Sequence record: NC_028894.1
Reading direction: 5' to 3' (one strand)
From: Escherichia phage vB_EcoM_VR20
DNA length: 64,000 nt
In this document: in pieces, positions 17,599-26,915 of the stretch
Numbering within the stretch: position 1 is the first letter of the stretch
Layout of the letters: the number at the start of each line of letters is the position of its first letter
The notes under the pieces: model-generated
What the model saw: only the letters and a program-made list of their open reading frames with translations
What the model was told of the DNA's origin: nothing
The model's database searches: none
Made by a program: the position numbers and the translations under genes

Positions 17599-18033
17599 CT
17601 AATCTCGCTTCATGAAGGCATTAAAAATCTGGTCGTCAACTGAATATACAGGGGTTTCCAGAAGTTTCAAAAGACTGTTTTTGATGTACTTACCCGGGAT
17701 ACCCATATTAACAATACTGTCATTCAATTCATTATCAGGGTTGATGTCTTTAAATTCAAACCCGTCAAACTCAACCTTGTCAGGAATACCATCAGCGAAA
17801 AAATAAACCAATTGGTGCATTGTATTGCACGAAAATAATTTGGACTTGACCGCAATAAGTTCTTGCCAATGGTTTAATTCTCTGTTAAGGAGTTTATGGG
17901 CAAACGTAATTCTATTATCACTATCAACAAGAAAATAACCCAGGTATTGAAGGTCGTCGCTCCAAAACATCCTGTATGCTTGCGCATTTGGATTTTTACA
18001 ACGAAGTTTTTTGATAACTAAATTTCTGTTAAT
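17599..18033 (-). CDS. hypothetical protein (start trimmed to MINRNLVIKK); C-terminus shared with the downstream gene
   Basis: Track ORF 17599..18123 trimmed to the Met overlapping the upstream stop; ends VDDQIFNAFMKRD. Confidence 0.45.
   Translation of the reverse strand: MNRNLVIKKLRCKNPNAQAYRMFWSDDLQYLGYFLVDSDNRITFAHKLLNRELNHWQELIAVKSKLFSCNTMHQLVYFFADGIPDKVEFDGFEFKDINPDNELNDSIVNMGIPGKYIKNSLLKLLETPVYSVDDQIFNAFMKRD
17604..17640. repeat. 37-bp direct repeat, copy B
   Basis: Identical to 17249-17285. Confidence 0.85.
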
Positions 18034-18037
18034 CATT

Positions 18038-18331
18038 TTATTCACCTGTAACCCATTGAACAATTTTGCTATTGTCAAATGAAGCATCGCAATACAGAAC
18101 ATAGTTATACTGCATAACGTCACCAGAAGTCAATTGGTCAGATACTTCTTTAACCATATCAGGGCGGTCACGTTTAGTAATATTCATGATATCAGCATAA
18201 ATCTGATGTTCAACATCAGTCTGGTCAGCAGTCATAGACCACTCACAAAGGTCTTTATCAAGCCCAGCAGTAACTGGAGCTGTACCACATGATGCTACGG
18301 TAAGAATTGCTGCGATTAATAACTTTTTCAT
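18038..18331 (-). CDS. sp: periplasmic protein, Spackle-like (superinfection exclusion) by size, signal peptide and position
   Basis: 97 aa; signal peptide MKKLLIAAILTVASC; DKDLCEWSMTADQT region resembles T4 Sp as I recall; lies between 61 and 41. Confidence 0.5.
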   Translation of the reverse strand: MKKLLIAAILTVASCGTAPVTAGLDKDLCEWSMTADQTDVEHQIYADIMNITKRDRPDMVKEVSDQLTSGDVMQYNYVLYCDASFDNSKIVQWVTGE

Positions 18332-18391
18332 TTCAATCTCCTCAGTAGTTAATAGGGATAATATACTGCATTACCCCTTTGATGTAAACTG

Positions 18392-18733
18392 TTATTTTTC
18401 ACCTTCAACTGAAAAACCAGTCAATTTGTAATATTCAGCACGTGCAATATGAAGAGCCGCTTCAATATCAGTAAGGCAGATTTCTTCATTTAACAGTTGC
18501 GCTTCAACGGTCAAAATCAGATTACGCAATGCAGTACCCTTACGCATGTCTACTTTATGAATTAGCTTGTCATCAACAAAAGCTTCAACCAGCGCATTAT
18601 AGTTATCAGCAGTCTTTTGGACATACCAGTGAATACCTGCGGGATGGAACATGCTAGAACGTTCAAAAGATGGTACACCAACAGCACTCACTTTGATTGT
18701 TACTTTTACGCGGTCTTCTGGATTAAAAGCCAT
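18392..18733 (-). CDS. hypothetical protein, paralog of the next gene
   Basis: 113 aa; YNALVEAFVDD matches NNALVKAFVND of the 18734..18946 product. Confidence 0.4.
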   Translation of the reverse strand: MAFNPEDRVKVTIKVSAVGVPSFERSSMFHPAGIHWYVQKTADNYNALVEAFVDDKLIHKVDMRKGTALRNLILTVEAQLLNEEICLTDIEAALHIARAEYYKLTGFSVEGEK

Positions 18734-18946
18734 TTAGATTTCCTCAGATAAGTGGATATGATAATCATATTCAAAAACTTTATTGTCATTAACAAAGGCT
18801 TTAACCAGTGCATTATTCACTTCTGCATACTGCACTGTAACCCATTCAATCATATTTTTGTCACTGACATCCAGCGCGGTTTCTTTGGTAAACATATTAC
18901 CATTTTCAAACCAACCAATAAACACTACGTTCTCTAATTTATACAT
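18734..18946 (-). CDS. small protein, possibly Dmd-like (anti-RNase antitoxin) by position and motif
   Basis: 70 aa; FIGWFENGNMFTKE and QYAEVNNALVKAF resemble what I recall of T4 Dmd; uncertain. Confidence 0.35.
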   Translation of the reverse strand: MYKLENVVFIGWFENGNMFTKETALDVSDKNMIEWVTVQYAEVNNALVKAFVNDNKVFEYDYHIHLSEEI

Positions 18947-19264
18947 TTAGATTTCCTCACAAAACGCCCAGTCAGCGTGATAAACTGTTGCGCCTTTAGT
19001 ATCATTTAAGCAAACCACGTCAACAGGTGCAATCACACGATAAAGACGGGGTTCTCCTCCATATGAGCGAGCTGCTCTTCCTGCATAGATACGCGCCAAA
19101 CCAATATCTTCAGTAAAAAACACACGCCCTAAATTTTTCTTACGCCCAACTTCTGACAGAACACCAGTTGCATCAGGAGGACAAAGCATATTTTGGATTC
19201 CAGCATTAGAGCTTGACCCATGATAATAAACTTTGTATTCTGCCTTGCAATCAATGGTTTTCAT
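18947..19264 (-). CDS. hypothetical protein
   Basis: 105-aa ORF. Confidence 0.4.
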   Translation of the reverse strand: MKTIDCKAEYKVYYHGSSSNAGIQNMLCPPDATGVLSEVGRKKNLGRVFFTEDIGLARIYAGRAARSYGGEPRLYRVIAPVDVVCLNDTKGATVYHADWAFCEEI

Positions 19265-19301
19265 TTTATTCTCCAGTAGTTGATAGAGTCATTATAACAT
19301 A

Positions 19302-19323
19302 AGAAAAAGGGGCTGTAAGCCCC
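19302..19323 (-). terminator. stem-loop terminator, GGGGCU-UACA-GCCCC plus U-run
   Basis: Hairpin and T-run after the stop of the 19333..19635 gene. Confidence 0.5.
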
Positions 19324-19332
19324 TTTGTTCAC

Positions 19333-19635
19333 TTACGCCAACTCATAGTTGTGCATAGTCAGACAACGAATTTTCCCAGTAGTTGGGTGCATAACAGTCA
19401 CACTAATTGTGTAATCATCACACACGTTAACAAAAGGTTCAGCGATAACATATACTGCCCCGCCTGCCAACAGGTATTCACGAAGAGAGCTGCGAACAGA
19501 TGAAGGTTGAACATCGCTTTTGAGCTTTATTAATTTACCAGTTTGAATGCCTGATGCGATAAGAGCAGCACAGTTTTCATCACGGCGAGCGAATTGTCCA
19601 AAATAGTAACGATTCATGTCGGTTTGATTAAACAT
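19333..19635 (-). CDS. hypothetical protein
   Basis: 100-aa ORF with its own promoter and terminator. Confidence 0.45.
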   Translation of the reverse strand: MFNQTDMNRYYFGQFARRDENCAALIASGIQTGKLIKLKSDVQPSSVRSSLREYLLAGGAVYVIAEPFVNVCDDYTISVTVMHPTTGKIRCLTMHNYELA

Positions 19636-19685
19636 ATGGTTTTCCTTTTTAACAGTTGGTTTATTGTGTAACTCAGTATGGAATC

Positions 19686-19715
19686 ATTATGCCCTAGTAG
19701 AATTCAGTTGTACAC
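19686..19715 (-). promoter_or_regulatory. sigma70-type early promoter, -35 TGTACA, 17-bp spacer, -10 CATAAT
   Basis: Minus-strand motif between the gene 41 terminator and the 19635 start. Confidence 0.5.
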
Positions 19716-19726
19716 CCTTTTTAAAA

Positions 19727-19747
19727 TAAAAAAGGACCCGAAGGTCC
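19727..19747 (-). terminator. stem-loop terminator, GGACC-UUCG-GGUCC plus U-run
   Basis: Hairpin with UUCG loop immediately after the gene 41 stop. Confidence 0.6.
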
Positions 19748-19750
19748 TTG

Positions 19751-21190
19751 TTAGAATTTCATCTGCGCCGCAAGGTCGTCCAGGTCGCTCCTGTTGACCC
19801 TGGTTTGTCTATTCATTTCAGCCTGACGATTCATCTCACCGGTGGCTTCTTTCACCGTAGGGCCTTGTTTAGGAGCTGAATCATCATCAACCTCATACCA
19901 GCGTTGATTACCTTTCTTAACACCCATCTTGAATTTATTATAGTAGTTCTTATCGCCATAACGAGACTTAAGCTGTTTGATTAACTGCAGTCCCATTTGA
20001 GCGAATTCATCGGTCTCAACAACACCCAACATAAAGTCAGCCGTGTGAGCAATACCAAAGGATTCAGCGATGTCAGCCATGTCAATCTCGGCTGCAACGT
20101 TCGCGCCCCTTGTTGTCTGTGCTGCAGTCCACAGGACCACATTTTTCTCGACCGCCAGACCACGAAGTTCTTCTGCAACCATCTTAATCAGGCCGTAACT
20201 GTTTTCGGTAAACGTTTTCAGTCTTGAGCTTGCGCAGATTGCCAGGTAGTCAACAATAATCACATCCGGTACAAATCCTTGCTTCAGTTTGTACTCGTTC
20301 AGTAATGCACGGAAGGTATCCGCGTGTGCACCCCCAGTTGGATATTGTTTTATCTTCAGAGTCCCGAGAGTCCCGGAAGCACGCCATTTTTCCATTTTAC
20401 TTTTGTATTCTGCCCATGATATATGACCTTCATCAATATCATCCAGAGATACATCCAGCAAGTTGGCATCAATACGTTTGGCACATACTTCTTCGGCCAT
20501 TTCCATGCTTATATAAAGAACATTATGACCAGTCTGAAGATAGTCAGCAGCTAACGAACAAAGTCCCAGAGATTTGCCGACGTTTGTTCCGGCCAGTAAA
20601 ACGTTCTCTGTTCCATACTCAACTCCACCCTTCGTGATTTTATTCAGGATGTTAATACGGAACGGAACTTTCTTCGATTTGTTCAGATAAGTCTGGAATC
20701 GAGCTTCGTAATCGTTTAACCAGTCATGACCCAGAGCAGAGTCAAAACAGATAGACAATGCATCGCGCATGATGTCAGGAATAGCACCGATATCCGGGAT
20801 TCGTTTATCACGTTTATCTTTCGGAAGTTCGGCATTACTCTGAATTTCGATAATCCTGGATGTTGCATTGAACATCGCAGACTTCTGTACATACTTCTCG
20901 GTTTCTTTAACCAGCCATTCCTGGTCTTCTGGGGTATCAGCCAGGACTCCTAAGAGTTTCTTTGTGCCTTCATATTCAACTTCAGAAAGGTCAGAACCGT
21001 CGAGCGCGATATCAAGCGCAGTCTTAGTTGGAACTGCTTGATATTCTTTTACATGTTCGTTAATCGTATTAAAAAGGGTCTTCGCGGGACCCTTTTCAAA
21101 ATATGTGTTATTCAGATATGGCCAGACTTTAACAAAATATTCCTTGTTAAAGAGTAGCTGGGATAAAATAGTTTCTACCACTTCCACCAC
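19751..21190 (-). CDS. 41: replicative DNA helicase (DnaB-like)
   Basis: 479 aa; Walker A GTNVGKSLG; size and position match T4 gp41. Confidence 0.9.
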   Translation of the reverse strand: MVEVVETILSQLLFNKEYFVKVWPYLNNTYFEKGPAKTLFNTINEHVKEYQAVPTKTALDIALDGSDLSEVEYEGTKKLLGVLADTPEDQEWLVKETEKYVQKSAMFNATSRIIEIQSNAELPKDKRDKRIPDIGAIPDIMRDALSICFDSALGHDWLNDYEARFQTYLNKSKKVPFRINILNKITKGGVEYGTENVLLAGTNVGKSLGLCSLAADYLQTGHNVLYISMEMAEEVCAKRIDANLLDVSLDDIDEGHISWAEYKSKMEKWRASGTLGTLKIKQYPTGGAHADTFRALLNEYKLKQGFVPDVIIVDYLAICASSRLKTFTENSYGLIKMVAEELRGLAVEKNVVLWTAAQTTRGANVAAEIDMADIAESFGIAHTADFMLGVVETDEFAQMGLQLIKQLKSRYGDKNYYNKFKMGVKKGNQRWYEVDDDSAPKQGPTVKEATGEMNRQAEMNRQTRVNRSDLDDLAAQMKF

Positions 21191-21519
21191 CTCTTTTTCA
21201 TTTTAATCTTATCAATTTCATCTTGTATTTGCATTGTAACACACTTTTCTACATGCACTGCAAGCTCCGCTTTGCGGTCTTCGGAAGGGGTGCCGAAATC
21301 AACTGAAACTTTTCCAGATGGTTCAATTTTAATTCCGGTTACGTACACGATGTGACTGGACCCATCGGGAAGTGATAACAGAATTTCCTGTCGTACAGTT
21401 CCCATGGATTGCCGGATAATCTCCAAACTTTTTTCGTAGTAAGGTACAGAAGGAGCCTTAGCTCCCTCCGCATCTTTCTCGAAATTATCTAAATCAGATA
21501 AATCGATATCACTCATCAA
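21175..21519 (-). CDS. 40: gp40-like protein (head vertex assembly) by position and size
   Basis: 114 aa, same length as T4 gp40 and located between uvsX and 41. Confidence 0.5.
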   Translation of the reverse strand: MMSDIDLSDLDNFEKDAEGAKAPSVPYYEKSLEIIRQSMGTVRQEILLSLPDGSSHIVYVTGIKIEPSGKVSVDFGTPSEDRKAELAVHVEKCVTMQIQDEIDKIKMKKRWWKW

Positions 21520-22687
21520 GGTCTTCCATCATATCTAAATCGTTTTCGATGTCTGCCGCAGATGGTTTTGATTTGCCTTCTGGTGCAGAATATTTTTCAA
21601 CTTTCGAACTAATAAGCTCATCAACTTCGGCATCAACAACAGCATTGCTATCGATTGCACCCAGCTGGTAATGACGTTTGATTGCATCACGGAAAGGTTC
21701 GTGCTTGAACAGTGGGCCCCAGAATTCGGTGCAGTTGGTATCTTTTGCGCGCCATGATTTTTCTTCGCGGACCATTTCACCGGTCTCAACATCAAGATAT
21801 TCACGGTTATACCAACCAACTTTCGGTTTCACCACAAATCCGATTTCCATTGCCATATCAAGCAGGCCAGAATACGGGTCAATACCCCCATCGAATTTTA
21901 CATCAATGAAGAATTTACTTTTCTCTTTAACCATACGAGATTTTTCGGCGTTCAGAACAAATTGGAAACCTTCAAGTTCTTTACCAGTTTCTTTAATCTG
22001 GCGTTTACCGATAATGAATACGGTGTCCGCAGAATACATAACACCAGTACCGCCGGTCATAACGGTTTTGCTGTACATCTCAATCGTCTCGATTGTATGG
22101 TTAACCGCGACACAAGGAATATCCTTGATACTAAAGAACGGTGTTACAATACGGAACAGAGATTTCAGGGATTTAGCACGAGTCATATCGCCGACGACTT
22201 TTTCGTTCAATGCATCTTCTGTTTCTTTTTTCGATGCCATGTTACCGATTGAGTCAATAAAGATAATGACTTTTTCGCCACGCTCAATTGCTTCAAGCTG
22301 GTTAACCATATCAACTTTCAATTGTTCAACCGACTGGATTGGTGTGTGGATAACACGTTCCGGGTCTACTTTCATTGCACGAAGATATGCTTCTGTGATA
22401 CCAAATTCTGAATCATAGAACAAACAGATTGCTTCGGGGTATTTGTTCATATATGCAGAGACCATCGTTAAACCCATATTGGATTTAAAGTGTTTTGACG
22501 GACCAGCAAAAATAGTCAAACCTGACTGCATACCACCATCTAGTGCACCGCTGATTGCAATGTTCAGCATCGGGATTTTTGTACGAACTACATCTTTATC
22601 ATTAAAGAACTTGGACTTGGTAAGAGTCGCAGTCATTTTGGATGTAGAAGCTTTAATCAAACGGGATTTCAAATCTGCAATAGACAT
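21509..22687 (-). CDS. uvsX: UvsX recombinase (RecA-like)
   Basis: 392 aa; RecA-fold Walker A GPSKHFKS; size and position match T4 UvsX. Confidence 0.9.
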   Translation of the reverse strand: MSIADLKSRLIKASTSKMTATLTKSKFFNDKDVVRTKIPMLNIAISGALDGGMQSGLTIFAGPSKHFKSNMGLTMVSAYMNKYPEAICLFYDSEFGITEAYLRAMKVDPERVIHTPIQSVEQLKVDMVNQLEAIERGEKVIIFIDSIGNMASKKETEDALNEKVVGDMTRAKSLKSLFRIVTPFFSIKDIPCVAVNHTIETIEMYSKTVMTGGTGVMYSADTVFIIGKRQIKETGKELEGFQFVLNAEKSRMVKEKSKFFIDVKFDGGIDPYSGLLDMAMEIGFVVKPKVGWYNREYLDVETGEMVREEKSWRAKDTNCTEFWGPLFKHEPFRDAIKRHYQLGAIDSNAVVDAEVDELISSKVEKYSAPEGKSKPSAADIENDLDMMEDLDE

Positions 22688-22915
22688 TCATTTTTTCCAT
22701 AGGCACCATTATATTTTTCTCACAGGTTTAAGATAGGATAATTATATCACTGTATTTTAGAGCAATTAACGATTGAATCCACGATTAATTGCACGTTCAA
22801 CAATCTTCCGGGTCTGACGTTTGTCCCACCAGTACATAAAGCCAATACCAAATGCAGACAACAGCCATAGACCAATCAATAACATACCAATCATAATATT
22901 CTTCTCGCAGTTTGT

Positions 22916-23440
22916 TTAGTTAATACCTTGGCGTGCTTTCTCTTTAGCTACACATTTATTAATATAGCTCAGACGGTTTTGAGCAGAACGCTGATACATA
23001 TCGCGGTACTCATTAGCTTTTGGAGAACCCGTCTCCGCTGCCTGATAAGCTTCTGCGCGCATGATGTTTATCTGCATATTGATATATGACATGCAGACCT
23101 GTGAAATCTGGTTAACAGTGTCAAGGTCATTTTGTCGCTTGGTTTCTGCTTCCAGTTTGGCAATGATTTCGTCATGCTTCGCAGCTTGTTCGCGTTTGTA
23201 CTCAATTTCACGTTGAGCATATTTTGCGCAATTGTTTCCACATTGATTATTGGCGCGTTTGTAGATAAGTCCAGTGCCACCTTTGAAATCAAAGGAACCA
23301 TTATGCACCTGACGGTCTGCAGCAATTCGCGCTTTACCAATCTCACTGGCATTAACTACATCACCCTGGTAAGCACAACCAGATAGCAGCATAACAGCTG
23401 CGATAGCTAACTTTTTCATTTTATTTCCTAATTGAAACAT
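22916..23440 (-). CDS. putative lipoprotein
   Basis: 174 aa; signal peptide with lipobox LLSGC; occupies the T4 bgt/42 position. Confidence 0.5.
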   Translation of the reverse strand: MFQLGNKMKKLAIAAVMLLSGCAYQGDVVNASEIGKARIAADRQVHNGSFDFKGGTGLIYKRANNQCGNNCAKYAQREIEYKREQAAKHDEIIAKLEAETKRQNDLDTVNQISQVCMSYINMQINIMRAEAYQAAETGSPKANEYRDMYQRSAQNRLSYINKCVAKEKARQGIN

Positions 23441-23567
23441 TCATAACGGGCTTGGAGCCCCAAAAATACCCAACCCAAAATTAAAGTTGGAATCATATGC
23501 GGAGTCATTATTGCCCAATAGATTGACATACTAAAAAATGCAATCAGTACAATAATTGTAATTATCT

Positions 23568-23810
23568 TCATTTGGTTTCCTTGATGATAATTACTTGTGC
23601 GTTTGATTTACGTTCAGCAACGAGTGCCCAGATAAATGCAATAAACCATCCAACCATTGTCCAACCCAACAGAAGGTTAACAAAGAAGATTCCGCAATTA
23701 CTTTTGGTACCACGCAGTAGCGCGATAATCCACGGCAGAAAATATGCCAATGCAGCCAAGAATAAAGAACCAGCGCCAAGAACAAAAGTACCCGCAATTA
23801 TTGTTTCCAT
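23568..23810 (-). CDS. imm: small inner-membrane protein, Imm-like (superinfection immunity)
   Basis: 80 aa, two predicted transmembrane segments, directly beside gene 43 as T4 imm. Confidence 0.5.
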   Translation of the reverse strand: METIIAGTFVLGAGSLFLAALAYFLPWIIALLRGTKSNCGIFFVNLLLGWTMVGWFIAFIWALVAERKSNAQVIIIKETK

Positions 23811-23854
23811 TTTAATATCCTCAAGTTTGTCTAGTCATCAGTAGTTGATGAAAG

Positions 23855-23886
23855 AATAATACGGCAATCCATTGCCGTTGTAAACA
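23855..23886 (-). promoter_or_regulatory. sigma70-type early promoter, -35 GTTTACA, 17-bp spacer, -10 TATTAT, conserved CATCAACTACTGA leader
   Basis: Minus-strand motif upstream of imm. Confidence 0.5.
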
Positions 23887-23887
23887 C

Positions 23888-26602
23888 TTAAAAGTCAAAC
23901 ATATCAAAAAGAGTTGCTTTCTTTTCGTAATCAACCTTTGCAGCTTCAGAGAAACCTGTCAATGGCTTAACAAAAGTCTTCTGGAACAGTGTGTTGTAGT
24001 CCATCCATTGCAAGACCTGGTCGCGGATTTCAATCGGGAGTTCAATCCCCGATGGCCATGCAATCACAGTTTCACCAAACGGGTTACCGACTTTAAGAGG
24101 AAGCACATACACTTTTTCCCCTTCCATGATTTGCGGAACAGTCTTCAGACCTTTAGTTGCACGCATATAAGCAAGCACACCTTTGATATGAGCCGGGCAC
24201 TTAAATCCAGGGAAACCACCTTCATTATATTTCTGGATGTTGTTAACCGATGATACACCTGCGATGGTCATGTAGTTAAGCTCATTAAATTCCTTATTGA
24301 ATTCCTTGAAGTATGTCTGCAGAGATTCTTCACCTTCTTGCAGCATACGGCGAATACATTCTTTCAGAGCTTTCTGACATGCCTTTGGAGTACTCGACTT
24401 TTGAGTTTCCAGACCCATGATTTTCAATTTTGGAACAGCATATCGTGTGCCTTCCATATCGTACACGTTCAACGCATAACGCTTCTTCGCCGTCCAGAAT
24501 CCACCCACACCCTTAGAACCCAGCGGAGGACATGCAATCGCCTCACGGTCCATAAACATAAGGTGCTGTTTGTTGTTCATGTATTCAGCCAGCTCACGGA
24601 AAGCTTTATCGATTGCCGGTTCCAGACGGTCTTTCGCGAACTTGTCCATGAAGTCAACCAGGTGGTTTGTATCACGGAATTTAGATTCGCCACCAACCTT
24701 TTTAATCAGGTTATCGCATTGGATATAAATGGAGTCAGTATCGCCATAGAATACGTAAGTTTCACCGCTTGTACCGCAAACACCATCGAAGTATTCGTTA
24801 ACTTTACGCTCAATCCACTGCAATGCAAGTTGCCCGAAAGATGTAATCGCGGTTGCATTTCGCAGGTCAAAGTAACGGAACCAGATATTGCCCAGAGCAC
24901 CATAACAACTGTTGATAAGCAGTTTACGGTTAATCTGTGCGGTCATGCCTGCAACTTCTTCCATCTGCGCTTTATACAGCATACCATTTAGGACTGTTTG
25001 ATTCAGACCATGCAGGGCCGTTTTCATATTGTCATCAAAGTCATGGCGATAATCAACTTCAGGCTCGGTTGTACCAGTTCCTGGATTACGCAGAGCTTCC
25101 TTAATCAGTTCACCATTACGTTGAGCCGCAAGCATATAGCCTTTGTGTTCTTTACGCTGATTAAACACCTTGGTGACTTCTGTCGGAATAATACCCGCAA
25201 CATCTTTAAAATACATCATGCCATTTGGAGCACAACTAAATGTATCAGATGGGCGGTCAGCAGTTCCGGCGATGTATTCATGCATTTGCGCAGGAGCAAA
25301 TGAACCGGCAATCGTTTCTGGACTGATGTTAATCTGTCGGATGATGCTCGGATACAGAGATGTTAAGTCACAGCTCATTACATATTTGTATGCGTTCGGA
25401 ATCGGTTCCTTAACAAATGCACCAGGGAACGATTGACGAACATGCGATTTAGTTTCCGGGATAACCTTGTTTTGAGTCTTCAGGCTGTTAAAGATAATCG
25501 CATCCCAAGTTTTGATTGGGCTGAATACAGACTGAATCTGCATCTTTGCATAATAACCCATTGACTGACTCAGGTTAATAAACTGTCGCTTACGGTCAAT
25601 CTGCACAACACGATAAACGTCGATGATGTTATAAGAAATATACCGCTGGTGATTTGATTCGCGCAGTTTAGAAATCGGGCCATCATACGGAAGTTTACCA
25701 ACACCCAGTTCAGATTCTGCAACATAATCCAACGAATAAGACGGTTGGTTTGTGAAGCTGAACTTTTTATACAGGTCCAGATAATCCAGAACAGAGATAC
25801 CCAGAATCTGAATGATTTCTTGTTCTTCACCAAAGCCGTTGTTAATTACTTTAACTTTTGTACGACGATGTGGGCTCAGACGTTTTGCTGTAGCTTCACC
25901 AAATACATTTTTAAGGCGGTTGTAGATATATGGAATATCAAACTTCTCGATGTTCCAACCAGTTAACATAACCGGAGTTTTCTCGTTCCAGAATACCAAA
26001 TACTGCTGGAGCATTTCTTCTTCTGAATCGAAAGCCATATAAACAATTTTTTCCAGGATTTCTTCAGGAACTTCATCACCACCGTCTTCCTGCAGCTTAG
26101 CAGCAATATCAATAGACCATTGCTCCACAGTGGCGTATGGTGAGCCCAAAAGGTCAAAGACATAGAATTTATCGTCTACCGAATCATAGTGCGTCAGGGC
26201 GTCAATAGGGTGACGTGCTTCAGACGGTTCAGGGAACCCATCAGGAGATGTCACCTCGATATCGAAGTTAGCAACACGGATTTTACTTGAATCATATTTG
26301 ATTTCGTGTGGGTAACGGTCGGACAAGTATGCGAGTTTAAAGTCGTCCATACCCATAGCTTCGAGACCCATGTCATTCATTCGCTTCATCCACTGGGATG
26401 CATCACGCATGGAATCGAATTCTTTTTTCACACAACCTTTATTATAGATGTCTGTATACTTTGCAGCCTGGTCTTCGCGGGCATGCATAAACAAGCATGG
26501 AGCATAAGGGATTTCACGAACACGTTCATGACCATTCTTGTCAATATATCGTTCGTGTAGGTTGTCACCGATTTGTTCGATAGTTAAATAAAATTCTTGC
26601 AT
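23888..26602 (-). CDS. 43: DNA polymerase (family B) with 3'-5' exonuclease
   Basis: 904 aa; YGDTDS polymerase motif; FDIE exonuclease motif; size and position match T4 gp43. Confidence 0.9.
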   Translation of the reverse strand: MQEFYLTIEQIGDNLHERYIDKNGHERVREIPYAPCLFMHAREDQAAKYTDIYNKGCVKKEFDSMRDASQWMKRMNDMGLEAMGMDDFKLAYLSDRYPHEIKYDSSKIRVANFDIEVTSPDGFPEPSEARHPIDALTHYDSVDDKFYVFDLLGSPYATVEQWSIDIAAKLQEDGGDEVPEEILEKIVYMAFDSEEEMLQQYLVFWNEKTPVMLTGWNIEKFDIPYIYNRLKNVFGEATAKRLSPHRRTKVKVINNGFGEEQEIIQILGISVLDYLDLYKKFSFTNQPSYSLDYVAESELGVGKLPYDGPISKLRESNHQRYISYNIIDVYRVVQIDRKRQFINLSQSMGYYAKMQIQSVFSPIKTWDAIIFNSLKTQNKVIPETKSHVRQSFPGAFVKEPIPNAYKYVMSCDLTSLYPSIIRQINISPETIAGSFAPAQMHEYIAGTADRPSDTFSCAPNGMMYFKDVAGIIPTEVTKVFNQRKEHKGYMLAAQRNGELIKEALRNPGTGTTEPEVDYRHDFDDNMKTALHGLNQTVLNGMLYKAQMEEVAGMTAQINRKLLINSCYGALGNIWFRYFDLRNATAITSFGQLALQWIERKVNEYFDGVCGTSGETYVFYGDTDSIYIQCDNLIKKVGGESKFRDTNHLVDFMDKFAKDRLEPAIDKAFRELAEYMNNKQHLMFMDREAIACPPLGSKGVGGFWTAKKRYALNVYDMEGTRYAVPKLKIMGLETQKSSTPKACQKALKECIRRMLQEGEESLQTYFKEFNKEFNELNYMTIAGVSSVNNIQKYNEGGFPGFKCPAHIKGVLAYMRATKGLKTVPQIMEGEKVYVLPLKVGNPFGETVIAWPSGIELPIEIRDQVLQWMDYNTLFQKTFVKPLTGFSEAAKVDYEKKATLFDMFDF

Positions 26603-26662
26603 TTGATTTCCTTTATAGTCGAGTGATTGACTTTTGTTTTATGACTTGACGCTATTATACTA

Positions 26663-26681
26663 CAAAAGGGACCGAAGTCCC
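26663..26681 (-). terminator. stem-loop, GGGAC-UUCG-GUCCC plus short U-run
   Basis: Hairpin after the stop of the 26688..26915 gene. Confidence 0.45.
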
Positions 26682-26687
26682 TTTGCT

Positions 26688-26915
26688 TTAAATTTCTATT
26701 GTACGACGTTCGATAGTCGGATTGCCATTTTCATCTTTAGTTCTAACCATAGCCTGGAAGACTCTCTGACCAGGATGCAATAATTTATTGAGTTCCTTTT
26801 GAAATTCTATTTGAAGTTCTTCGGAAAGGTCAAAAATAGTTTGAGTTGGGAAAAGTCCGTATACTTCTTTAAGGCGTTCACATGTTTCAATTTCATGCTT
26901 CATATCAATTACCAA
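26688..26915 (-). CDS. small hypothetical protein
   Basis: 75-aa ORF. Confidence 0.4.
   Translation of the reverse strand: MVIDMKHEIETCERLKEVYGLFPTQTIFDLSEELQIEFQKELNKLLHPGQRVFQAMVRTKDENGNPTIERRTIEI

Noticed and set aside
21678-22418. Long plus-strand ORFs (for example 246 aa here, 217 aa at 24338-24991, 157 aa at 30601-31074) lying inside minus-strand core genes
   Set aside because: They are antisense to uvsX, gene 43 and gene 46, which have clear conserved motifs, and have Ser/Thr/Ile-rich low-complexity translations typical of shadow ORFs.
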